This document shows, one piece after another, positions 24,025-36,707 of a DNA stretch of 64,000 bases. Source of the stretch: Magallana gigas (taxonomy: Eukaryota); assembly GCF_963853765.1 (NCBI RefSeq), contig NC_088857.1:42036001-42100000 (forward strand). Reading direction: 5' to 3'. The position numbers were made by a program, and so were the translations under genes. Every line of letters begins with the position of its first letter. Positions within the stretch are counted from its first letter, which is position 1. The notes beneath the pieces are model-generated. The model saw only the letters and a list, made by a program, of their open reading frames with translations, was not told the origin of the DNA and did no database searches.

Positions 24025-24316
24025 AAGTTAAATCCTTCTCCATGGCATTAGGCGCATTAGGCCAGTGCTTATCCCCGGTTTCCGTGGTGCTAAACGGAAG
24101 AGAGTTATTGACTCTCCCTGGATGGAACACCAGTCCATAGCAGGTTATAACCCCCCAGCGTAAGCCGGTACCCAATTTCAGCTGCGTGAACTGAGACAAT
24201 GTAGATAAAGTGACTTGTTTAAGTACACAACACACAACATCAAGTGACCACAGCGGGGTTTGAACCATCTTTCGGTTACTGGCCAACGTCTATGACCACT
24301 GAGCCATATGCTCCAC
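24025..24316 (-). mobile_element. tRNA-derived SINE with conserved central domain(s) (CORE-like plus Deu/Nin-like)
   Basis: Minus strand: A box TGGCTCAGTGG (24296-24306) and B box GGTTCAAACC (24257-24266). Then CACTTTATCTACATTGTCTCAGTTCACGCAGCTGAAATTGGGTACCGGC and ACCTGCTATGGACTGG..CCATCCAGGG..GAAACCGGGGATAAGC, resembling invertebrate SINE2 central domains (recalled, not searched). Confidence 0.75.
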
Positions 24317-25408
24317 TGATAAGTCCAACAGAGTCCAAAAAATTGTGACCCTATGTCTTAAGACTACGGTATACATGTAAACCGAAACGGTTTTCTCTGG
24401 GGGTTTTTAATGCAAGCAAAAAGCGTAAGATTTTTAAAATTCATTTTTTATAAACCAATAAAACACAATAAAGTAAATCTGTCGTAATGCAGTAAATTAT
24501 TCATCTGTAATGAACACGTACCAGAAAAATAAAAACCAAACGCGAGTAAAAATGGCAGAAAACTCACTATATCACTATTGGTATCTACATTATATTGTAT
24601 ACCACTCGAGTTTTAGGAGGTATCAAATAAAAATATTCCAACAGCTATTTCAAACATTAAAAAGATAAACAACAGCAACAAATAATGCATTCCTTATTAC
24701 TCTGTCTTAACTTTATAATTATTTCTGATAAGCAAATAAGTTATATAATACTTAAAAAAAATTATTTACATCAATATAAAATTCAATACAAAAAGATGGG
24801 AGTATCTGTATTAACTGAAAAAAAAATACATAATGTAAACAAGAATTGTAATTTCTTAAAGAAAAATAATAAATTGATTTTAATAGATTTGTATTTTCAC
24901 AATGTCAAACGTTCTTAGCTTTTTTTGAAAGACAAATCTCATGCTGAGCAAATTCAACATCACAAAAGACCAAATAAAACCAAGTTGAATATTTACAAAA
25001 AAATCCTTCAAGTAATAAAACCCTTGATACAGCATACTGAGTATTCAAGCAGATATCAAACTAACAATGCCTATCAGACAGATAATATGAGATTCAATAC
25101 CAAATAAATACGTTACGCCCATTCAAATATGCATAGAGTTAACTAATACCTGTATATTGTTATTGCTAAATAACAAAATTGCTTTTTGAAAAAGTACACA
25201 CTGACAGAAAATAAATCTAACCTGTATACTTAGTACAGACCTATATAATACCTATATATTAATACTATTGTTAATTTTGTATAATTAGTACAATTATTTC
25301 CATCCCTTTGTTTGTCTTTTTCTGGTGGAATCATCACTCCCCTGTCCAAAGCTTATGAGCAGCCATTTCATGTACAGAGTACATTTTGAAAAATAATTTA
25401 CTATCTGT

Positions 25409-25748
25409 TTAATCCGTCTCTGGATGCTCCATTTTCTTCTTGGAGCTGATCAGTAGCTTGGCTACCTCCGGATGTTCAAATCTCTCTGCCTCCTCCAAGG
25501 GAGTGAACCCCCACCTGTCAAATTGAGACAACTTCATAAAAAAGTCTTCATAACCATTTTTAATCATATCTTTTTGCTACAAAAAGCTGTATACTATTCA
25601 TAAATATAATTCTTCAATTGGTCCACCTAAAGTGAATGCAACAAATTTATTCATTACAAAAACTGTGGAGAGAATTAATAGTCAAATAAAACATGATGAA
25701 AAATTAACATTCACTTGGGTACATGTATTAAAACAAGTTATAGTGACA

Positions 25749-25783
<35 letters not shown>

Positions 25784-28700
25784 ATCTCTAACAAAGACCA
25801 ATGATTTAACTTTCTGAACTGTTTTCTTACTAGACAGATAGAAGAACCTGTCTCACTACTATGTTTATGAAATGATTTCTAAGAAAACTTTTGCTGAATT
25901 TGATTTGAACATGTTGTTACCGCAAATGTCCTATTACACATATATACAGAGATGCCCCATATCAAACCTATGTCAACTTTTTGAAAATAAATTTTCCGCT
26001 AAATATCATACAGGGTAAATATTACATGTTTACAGTAATTAGACTGTGTTTCACCTGTCTTTGGTGTTCACGTTGACGTTACACATCTCTAACAGGAAGC
26101 GAACAGCTTGCTCTTGACCCTCCGCAGCCGCTACGTGTAACGCTGTTCTGCCATCGTAGTCTGCAATGTTCATGTCTAATCCAAGCAAATAGTACCTGCA
26201 AATAACAAGGCCAAGTTTTCCAGTCAGCTCAATTTCACTGTCTCACGTTCGACAAAGCGTAAAATAAGTTTCAATAAGAATTTAGTTTGGTCATAAGAAG
26301 TACAAAGTTATAATGGATTGTTAAAAACAAAAATAACTTGGAGATGATCAAGCAAGAAAAATTCAGACTATATATTATTGTGTTTTTACCTCCTTAATGC
26401 TGATACATCTCCATTGAAAGCTCCAAACAGAATGTTCACAACATCCTGAGAGAGTGTGTCTATTCGGAGGCGAGTGGGGTCCATCTTCTTCTCTGTATGC
26501 TTAAGATTGTCATAGTTATGGAAGTTGTAGACATTCACTAGTTCCTGAAAGTCATACACAAGTTTCATGGATTAACGGGCATAAATTTTGTTTATTCTAC
26601 AAAGTATAATATTGTGATACACCTTATAATAATGATGGCAGAATCAAAATAAATCTTAAGAATTAATTGTTAAAATTTTCTTTTCATTAATATATTTTAA
26701 TCTCTGTCTGAAGATTTACACCATTACGTAACACTGAGTTGAGTTTTATTTTGTTTAGCATCAGGTAGGTTTTTAATCATACTTCTACGGATTGGCAGAT
26801 GTTAATGTATTTATTGTTTTGGTTTAATTATGTAGAAATTATCCACACAATGTGTGTGTATACATGTGTACATAGAGTTTCAGGATATTACCTGACAGAA
26901 CTGGATGCCTCTACAGCTGTTACCCCACATATCTAGCGGCGGGGACCACAAACAGATGCCCATTATATTTGGCACCACCAACAGAACTGTCCCAGATACA
27001 CCGGATTTAGCTGGAAGTCCAACCTACAAGAGATATATAGTACATGTAAATGAAACGATCTGAAACTGTTGGTCTTTGAATCAAAAGCTCACAGGTGGAA
27101 AATCTCCTTTTCACTAACAAATATGCACTACCAAAATATAGTTTGACAGAGTTGTCTTTCTTTCATTGAAAGCTTTATATGTAAATAAAGGAAATTTACA
27201 GTGCACAAATTTGTATGACATTATCAAAAATATATATAGGTTGAAATATAGAAAATATAAAATATAGGTGTAAGTTTGCCAAATGGAGCATTTGATAATG
27301 GTTCGTACCCTGAAAGCAAACTCTCCGGAGTAGTCATACATTCCACAAGAGTGCATCAAGGAGAGAGTGTTTCTAACGGCCGCTGAGTTGAAGACTTTCT
27401 CCCCCGTCATTGGACAGATCCCGCCATTAGCGAGGGTAGCAGCAATGACCGAGGCCGACTCACAAGTCACTTCAATGGAGCACAGCTGTAATACATACAT
27501 GAAGATAAGAGTATATTTCTAAGTAATAAAAATATATATTTTTCATTTGAAAAAATGTGGATGTAAATACGGCACAATTAAGAAAATTTTTAGTCATTAT
27601 GTTTCTGAGAATTAAATCATAAATATTTTGAGCCTTAAAGTTATTTACCATATGTTACCAGTAAACCTATAATAAAGAAAAACATGAAAAAGAAACTTAC
27701 TTGGAAATAGAAGTCAAGCACCTCATGTAATTTTGTCCCTTCTGGGAAGCACTGTCAAATAAAGAGAAAGAATATCATACAGTCTAACCAAAGAAAACCC
27801 ATTTTCACAACAACAAGCAAATGCATGGTACAAGTACAGAGATGATTTGATCCAGTTGGAGTGCACTGTGAAGGAAGCAAGGCTCTATGTGTTAATCTCT
27901 CGTACACCGTTAGAACTGAAACAGACCCGTGTTCAGCATGTTTTTAGCCATTGTCCCAGGTTAGCTCACTCCATCAGATTGCAGCCAGTACTGTGCACTA
28001 CATGTATATGTATATTGTATAATAAAAAAACCTTGTTTTCTCTCATGTAGTACGCCAGGGCAAAATTTCTGTCTGCCGTTTCTCGTTCTGATAAAAATCT
28101 ACAATAACGAAAAAATAGAACTGGATTAATAATTATGCCNNNNNNNNNNNNNNNNNNNNNNNNNNNNNNNNNNNNNNNNNNNNNNNNNNNNNNNNNNNNN
28201 NNNNNNNNNNNNNNNNNNNNNNNNNNNNNNNNNNNNNNNNNNNNNNNNNNNNNNNNNNNNNNNNNNNNNNNNNNNNNNATAACTCATTGGAAAACATTTA
28301 AAACTATTGTCCCAAGATAAGAGATAACATCTGGGAAACTGCTGCCCAAGGTCGTAAGATGAGGATTACAGTATCCTAGAGCTTTTCTCCCATCCAGGGG
28401 CAGTATGTATTATATATATCATGCCTGTTTGGGAGGGTAACAGTTGTAATTGACACCTCAAGAAAACCATTGTCAAACTCCGCTTTGGGTCGGTTGAAAA
28501 TGTTTTTTGAGGGGTGTCATTTTCAACTGTTACCCTCCCAAACAGGGACTTTTTACTTTACTTTATTATACTGAATGTCTTAATTTGAAAGAAAACTTTA
28601 CTGCTTTTTTCATATGTTAATGATGTGAATTCTACTTCAAACCGTACGTGCATAATTTATGCGCTTGTAACAATTCGTTGTATTACCCTTTGTCAAGAGT

Positions 28701-31700
28701 GATGCTAATGCTGAGGGTAATACATGTAGAATGGATTATTAACTATGTCTTAACCAATCATATTTCAGTATTTAACACGAAAGTATAATAAAGGTTGAAT
28801 GTGTCCCTAGAAGACATGACACATGATCCATGATACCAAATAACTGCCCTTATTTTTACCATTTTCTAAGTACTGTGGAATCATTTAAATTCGTGGATTA
28901 TGGGATTTTTGCTTATTTGCGTGATGTAATTTCAAGGCTGTGCCGGTTTTCAGTTTTAGTACGAAAATTAACTTTATCAAAATTTGTTCTGGTCGTGGAT
29001 GTAAATTCGCAGGGGAGGGCTACCCACGAATACCACCAAAATTGGGCCACCACAAAATCTAATGATTCCACAGTACCTGGGGTAATAATTTAAAGATAAA
29101 TACCTTGTAGTCATAAAATATTTTTTTTCTGTTGAAATGTTACGGTAATTACCAATGAAAATAGTTTTAAATGCTTAAGAGGGTACAGCACCTTTAGAAT
29201 GTGTTTCATTACCGAAAGAATATTGAATTTACACTGAATATTGCATTTAAAAAAGGTTTGGAATTACAAATTAGCAAATTTTAATGAAATTTAGTGTTTG
29301 TTATGGTTAATGAAACAATGCTTGAAATATCAGTGACCAAATAAGCCCCTCTCCGTGAATCCACCTCTTCTGAAATATTGATACCGGTATACATTATATA
29401 AATAGTGCCTGTTTGGGAGGATAACAGTTGAAATTGACACCCCGAGAAAACCATTGTCAACCGACGCGAAGCGGAGGTTGACAATGGTTTTTGAGGGGTG
29501 TCAATTTCAACTGTTATCCTCCCAAACAGGCACTATTTATTTTGTTATACTGAATGTCTTAATTTTTAAGAAAATTTTTCTGCTTTTGAATAGGAATAAC
29601 GTGAATTCTACAGCGAACCGTACGCACATAATTTTCGCGCATGTAACATTTTTTAATGTTACTCATTGCTAAGTGCGTTGCTAATGCTGAGGGTAATAGA
29701 AAATATTATTAACTGCGTCTTAACCAATCAGATTTCAGTATTTAACATGAAAGTATAACAAATACTAATACTATACTACATGTACATCTATGGTGCATTT
29801 GGTTACTTACACTGCATTGTTGAAAGATAGATGTTCACCTCCTGTCATTTTAGACAACATTTTGGTAGTCTGCAAAAAATTTAAATTACGGATAAAACAA
29901 TTTTTTAAAACTTAACTATTATTGCTTTATTCACTACATGCAGTTCACCTATAGATTTAGATTAAGTACATGTGCCAAAATTGAAGACTGAAAGATAAAA
30001 CTGATTTAAGAATGAGAGGTCCAGGAGTCACATCACACTCACCTAGTAGAGCATATATCTTGATTTTCAAAGACTTTCAAATTTTTCTCCACATATTCAT
30101 AAGTTAAACATTGAGCTCCTTTTGTTCTTTAAGTTTTTGAGAATAAAATTTTTAAAGATTTTTTTCTATAGATTCACCCCTTATGTGGCCCCCAACTCAT
30201 CTCTGGGAATCATGATTTAAACAAAATTAAATCTACACTACCGGAGGATGCTTCCACACAAGTTTCAGCTTTCTGGCCAATTGGTTTTTAAGAAGATGAA
30301 TTTTAAAGATTTTTCTCTATATGACTTGACTTTAGCCTTTATCACTTCCCTATGGAGCAATGGCCACAGACAATTCTTTTTCACTCCCACTTCACTATAC
30401 CGGTATATATCTATGTAAAAATTCAACCCACATAGTGGCCCTACCATAACCCTGGGATGATGATTTAAACAAATTCGAATCTACAGTACCTGAGAATACA
30501 TCCACATAAATTTACAGCTTTCCTGGCCAAATGGTTTTTGGGAAGATTTTCTTTATATATTCCTGTGTAAAATTCAACCCCTATTGTGGCCCCATCTTAC
30601 CCCCGGGGATGATAATTTGAACAACTTTGAATCTACACTACATGAAGATGCTTCTACACAAAGTTACAGCTTTTCCGAGCAACTGATTTTTGAAATTTTC
30701 TCTATATTTTCTTATGTAATAATATGCCCCCCCACCCTACCCCTGGGGATGGTGATTTCATGAAACTTAAAGCTACAATACCCCGAAGATGCTTCCGCCA
30801 AATTTTTAGTTTTTCTGGTCGAATGGTTTTAGAGGAGAAGATTTTTGAAAAAAAACCAACACATATTCAGTAATTCAAAATTATCTCCGTTTTAAGAAAG
30901 TATGACCCTTTATTTAAACAAACTTGAATCCCCTTCCCCAATAATTCTTTGTTCAAAATTTGGTTGAATTTGGCCTAACAGTTTTGGAGAAAAAGAAAAG
31001 ATAAATAGGAAAAGTTAACAACAACAACAGTGAAGACAACACAATGATGACAGACAACAAACACATTTTTATCAGAAAATCTCACCTGAGCCTTTGGCTC
31101 AGGTGATTTAAATTTTTTTTTTTTTATTCTAGACACAGTTGGAGCTAAATAAATATTTTCACCCGTAAAACATTCCTTTAATGTCTTCCCTATTTGTTTT
31201 AGCTTATACATGTAGTTAGGCTCTGCTGAAAATATTAGTTCCTTAGATTCCGTTTTTCATAGGAAAAATGCAAAGGAAGATTGTCACAAATAAAAGTTAG
31301 TTTAGAGTATAGCAAAGAGATTACCCAGTCGAAGCGATCAGGGAGGGCTAACTCAGGTTTCAGGAGCGAGCTGACAATGATAGCTCCAGAGTTTATCATT
31401 GGGTTGTGTGGTTTCTCTGAAATAAGCCCAACTTCATACCTCAGATTTTGACAATAAAGCAAGGAATTGAATGATACAACATGTTTATTTGAGTCATTGC
31501 TAGTACATTGTAATGACATTCTCAGCATCAACAGAAAAGAATCGAACTGATCCAAAATTTTTGCCAGTTCACTTTTTGAATTGAATTAACTATTGTATGG
31601 AAATGTGGACATGCATATGGACAATTGGAATTTAAATTGAACCAAATTGATTGAAATGATATATCTTTCCATACTTTGATAATCCAGTGAAATCTCATTA

Positions 31701-33818
31701 AAGCTCCTCCCACTTGGCTCATGGCCGACGTATTTATGGACCCGCTCAATGTTGTCGTCATTGCTTTGCACCATGCAGTAAGTCAGGGGTTTACTGCAGG
31801 ACTGGAGGGAGAAGGGAACATTGGTGTCACCACTGGAATACCTGGAAAACAAAAGTCATAAAATGTATGCATAACATTTACACACAGATGATTTCTTCCA
31901 TGAACATTCTAATAGACAAGGGATTTAATGGTTGTCAAGACGTCAAACAAGAATGTGTTTTACAAAACAGCTCTCAACAAAGTTGTGAATCTTTTCAGTA
32001 AAGTGAAATGATTTTTAATGCACAAAATGAACTACAATTTACATTGGCAAAAGTATGTTTGACTGAAACTGAGAAATTTAATAGTCAGTTTCTTAAATAA
32101 GCAATCAATAATTTCAGTAAAAGGCAGATATTTTATTGAAGCATCCAAGCTGTTCCACGTTTATCTAAAAATTGCTAGCTGGCAAGTACTGTGTAAAGCA
32201 GCTTTACAACTAAAGATGTTACGTGCGAGTGAAATGTTCTTGAGGGGGATGTACAACAACAACAAAATTTCTGAACATATTTAAAAAAAAATCTTTGATG
32301 ATGCATGTCAAAAGAGAGGATTGTATAATGAAATAAACAATGCATGTATCAGATATAAAGTCTATAATTATCAGACATGAGTGTTTTGCAGTTTATGTAA
32401 ATCAAAGTAAATATTGTTTTCTCTTTGTCCTGAATATCAAGAAGAAAACAAGGCTATATTTCAATTGGCTATAGAAATTACTATTATAATAAGAAAGGGT
32501 CCCACTTATTAAAAATGTATATGATATGTACAGTGTACATATTTGCATGCATCACTGAGCATATACTGGCATAAAAGCCGTTGTTAGGAGTGACAGCATT
32601 ACTCTGTGTTTACATGTATTACAGCCAAGGTCAATGCTGATGGCTAGTGGTTAATTATGATAATTTCAAGAAAAAATATACTTAGTCTAGTCTTAAATCA
32701 CATTTTTAGAAAATAAGAGTGTGCAGCTCTATCTACAAAAAGAGAAATGTTAAAGCACTTCTTATGTGTAGTAACCCTTCAGAGGTGTCATATTATGTTA
32801 CTTCCTTCAACGGAATCTACATAAAAATAAATAAGTGGGGAAATGGTACTTAAACCGACAGATTACGACTAGAAGTATATACTGTACACTTAGTGAATAT
32901 ACATGACATTTGTATATTAAACTCGATTCTATGATCATCCCTTAACGTAAAATCTATAGATAAATGATCTATAAAGTGTATTTATATGCATATATATACA
33001 TGCACATTTATTTTCTTTTAAATTACATTTATAGAGAATCCTGGTGAGCAGGTTAATTCTAAAAAAAAATTCTTCAGGAATATTATAATATATAGGATTA
33101 ATTTAGTATCAAATTTTTGATGCACAAATGTCTTAAAATAACCACTTGCTTGAATTGTCACTTGGTCAAAATAAACAATACAGCGCAATGAGTATATGTA
33201 ATACAATATATCACTGCAAAAGAATATACACAGCTGTCACAGAACTTTTACTGCAAATGACAAATAATCATACATCTATTATATTGTCTAATGCAGGCAT
33301 TTTTTTTCACTGCTGACAAGTTTAATTAACTTAGTTTGTGATCCATGCACTTGCAAGCAATCGTAAATACTACACACTGACACATCAGCAGTGTTCACTG
33401 ACTGTAGAAATCATAGAATGGGTAAAAGTTCTCCGCAGTGTCCAAGTTCTATGGCAGATGAGAATATATTACATTCTACCTGTAAACACTTAGCAAACAC
33501 ATACTTAATATTACTTTTGGAACACAACAAAATGCTACACGGAATATGAACTTTGGACTCAGCTGTTTTTCACTTTGTATGAATATATTTAAAAATTTTT
33601 TTTTACCTTTGACCATCAACACTGCAAACAGACACTCCCCAGAAGTCAGGGCTATATCTGGCCAACTGTGGAATGTAGGAAGCCACCTGTTAACAAGGAA
33701 AATTATATTCAACTTTTCATTCCAATATTTTAAAATATCTCATGATATCTGATAAAAACCTCAGAGGATTGAACATTTATTAAACATGTATAAATAAGCG
33801 TTCCTACACATTTTTGGG

Positions 33819-33880
<62 letters not shown>

Positions 33881-36659
33881 CTTATATATATATACAGTGG
33901 AGCCTTATTTTTTCATTCAAACATCATTGTTTTCTATCAAATCATTGGAATAAGTATTTTAAAACCGTTAGGTATCCAGGTATTTGGTTGCAGGATCTCT
34001 GAAGTTCCACTGTACATGCCTAGAAACAGACTATCACCTACATTTCCGTTTGTGTTGTTCCGACAGTTTCTGTAGATTTTGTCAATCTCCTGCTTGAAGT
34101 TTTGCCATTCTGGAATGATGAAGTCATTTTTCAAGGATTTGCTGATGAGGATGATATTGTCTTGAATACATCTATAAAAGAAATCAAAATATTATCTCAT
34201 GATATACAAATGGTGTTAATACATGTAATTCAATCTAGTTTTGGCTTGTTCCTCCTACTACTATAGCTTCCAAAGTACAACTTGGTAATACTAAACCTCT
34301 GACAGAAATGTTTCAATTCTGCCCTAATTCTGAAAAAAACTGATTATTCAAACAGAATAAAAACAAAACGATGGACAGCTTAAGAATCTGTTACATAAAG
34401 GAATCTGTTCAATAAGTAATGTACACATTTGTAACGGGATAATAATCTAAAATCTTTTTACTCTTTGAAGGTTTTTTTATCCACGGACAAGCCGCCATAG
34501 TAATCTGTGTTCTTTGAGTCATGGTCCGGCTGGTTTAACTGAAGAACGTTCTCAAAATTTGTCATACATTCTTTGAGTCGAGGATCTGTGTCTCTTAAAC
34601 CAGAAAATGCCAGCATCTAAAATTAAAGCACAAACATTATACAGTGAACTAAAAGCACAGAAACTTGTTTCTGTGATGAAGTTTCCCTAGAGTATTCAGG
34701 GAAATATATGCCCATTTTATTTTTGTCCTTTTCACCCTCATTGTCAGCTGCCAAATTTAAGACGGCAAATTCCAATGTCTCAAATCATATCTCTTTCAAC
34801 ACGTCAACTGCGTCTGAGTGAATTTTAGGTGGGGAGAAACCATTTTGCAAGTGTAGAGGGGCAAAAAAACCAAACATGGGGCAAAAATATAACCCTGTAT
34901 ACTGAGTATAAATAATAATATGGGGAAAACTTCATAGCAGAAACAAGACTAGTGCTTGTGATTTAAAAATATATATTAAAATATAAGGACCAAAGTTTTT
35001 CAAAGGTTTATCATAAAAATTAAGACATCAGAGAAAGCTCAAAGATATTCAAATATAACTGATAGTAAGAGTAATTGCAGACATTTAATAAAGGAGTTTA
35101 ATTTATTGTTCTTTAAATTACCATAGCTAAAAAAAATTACAAAGCTAATGAAACTGTGACTGTAAATGGTAATCAAAATATTCACTTTTAAAAAGGCTTT
35201 ATACCGGTAAGCAAATCAAAATGATAACAGTGGCTTCATACTTTGAAAACTTTAAGCTTCAAACTACCACATCTATTCAATATTTAACTGAAAGATTATA
35301 ATCAAAGTACACAGTTAAATTTTGCTTGTTAGGAAATATCTAATACATACAAATGAAACACTGGCATAGTAAGCTATTTTTAACTTACAGATTTAAATTT
35401 GGCGACAGATACTCTTCCATTTGGATCACTGAGAATTTCAAACAAACGATCCTCAAACTGGTCAATATTCCATTCTGCATCAGAGCTGAAAAAAAATAAG
35501 AAAACATATATTAGATTAAAGGTTAAATATTGAATCAATTTTTGGACACTCTAGTATTTTAGTACCTCTCCTCTTTTTCCCCTTGAATAACATTAATACT
35601 GGCATTCTTCATCACAGCATCACTTTTTTGAAAGGTACAATGATTTTAAAAAAAAGTTAGTATATCCATAAGCTCCAACTCCAAAACATTCCAAATAAAT
35701 TTACCGGTAGTGTCTTATCCCAAACTTTTACTCTCCATTTAATAATAATATATGGGAGTCTGAATCAGACTTGTTTTTTCTCTATCTAAATTCATGCCTA
35801 CATTGTAAAATTGACAGGTCTGATTTGTTTTGACATATGTACATATTTATTTTACTAGATCACCTGACCCATGGCAAAAGAGGTATTTGGTAAGACTACT
35901 GTTTTTCAGTGCAGTTAGATACATGTGGATGCCAGGGTTTATAATAATTGCCTTTCTGATCATGGAAAAGTAAGGGGTAGATTTTTAAGATATTTTAAAG
36001 CAATTTAATACAATTGAAGTATTAAATACACTGTAGTTCATGGAGAAGTCATCCTCTCTTTGCTCCTCCTTTGGAATGATTTTTTTCCACAACTCAATTC
36101 AACACTTTCTTGTTATCTACGCTATCTGTTACAGAATACATCTCTCTCTCATAAAAACCGAAGAACTGTAATTTTTTAAATTCAAAAAAACGCTTCCTTT
36201 TTAGCTGGGCTTTGCTTGGCTTAGCTAAAAGCAAAGTCCTGGCTGTAGGCATGTAAATTGCCAGTGTTTCTAAAAAACCGAAGAGCGTCGAAGTAAAAAC
36301 TTACGTTATACCAAATATTTACCCAGAGAGTCATGTTTTGTCAAAGCCGATGTTCTTTTTTGTTGCAAAGAAATTAAGTGAGAAGTTTATTTGTTTAAAT
36401 TACATGTTTTAAAAACAAGACTATGCATTTTGGGCACTTAAACAATGCGCATCAAAAGTCACTGGGACAAAAGTTAGTGATTTAACCACTTCTTTACAAA
36501 GCATTGATATTTGGCTGCACATTGATGAAATGGGGGGGGGGGGGGGCGGGGGGGGGGGGGGTCAATTTTATAACATTTGTTTCAAAATTTGGTCCAGTGT
36601 TGATTTTTATTATACTAGACAACCACATTTTTGTTGATAGCTGCTTACAAAATTTAGCA

Positions 36660-36707
<48 letters not shown>

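Noticed and set aside
29281-29672. Mirror-image ORFs on opposite strands (..[23 protein letters not shown]..)
   Set aside because: They are a by-product of the 143-nt palindrome, not duplicated genes.
28099-29810. Suspected GLS exon lost in the N gap
   Set aside because: The expected exon ([20 protein letters not shown]) was found at 29811-29869 and splices in phase.
33440-33490. TTTACAG|GTAG in GLS intron 5 as a poison or recursive exon
   Set aside because: This is a short motif expected by chance, with no independent support.
36030-36135. Purine-rich candidate extra GLS exon in intron 1
   Set aside because: No acceptor/donor pair gives an open frame compatible with the phase-2 junctions.
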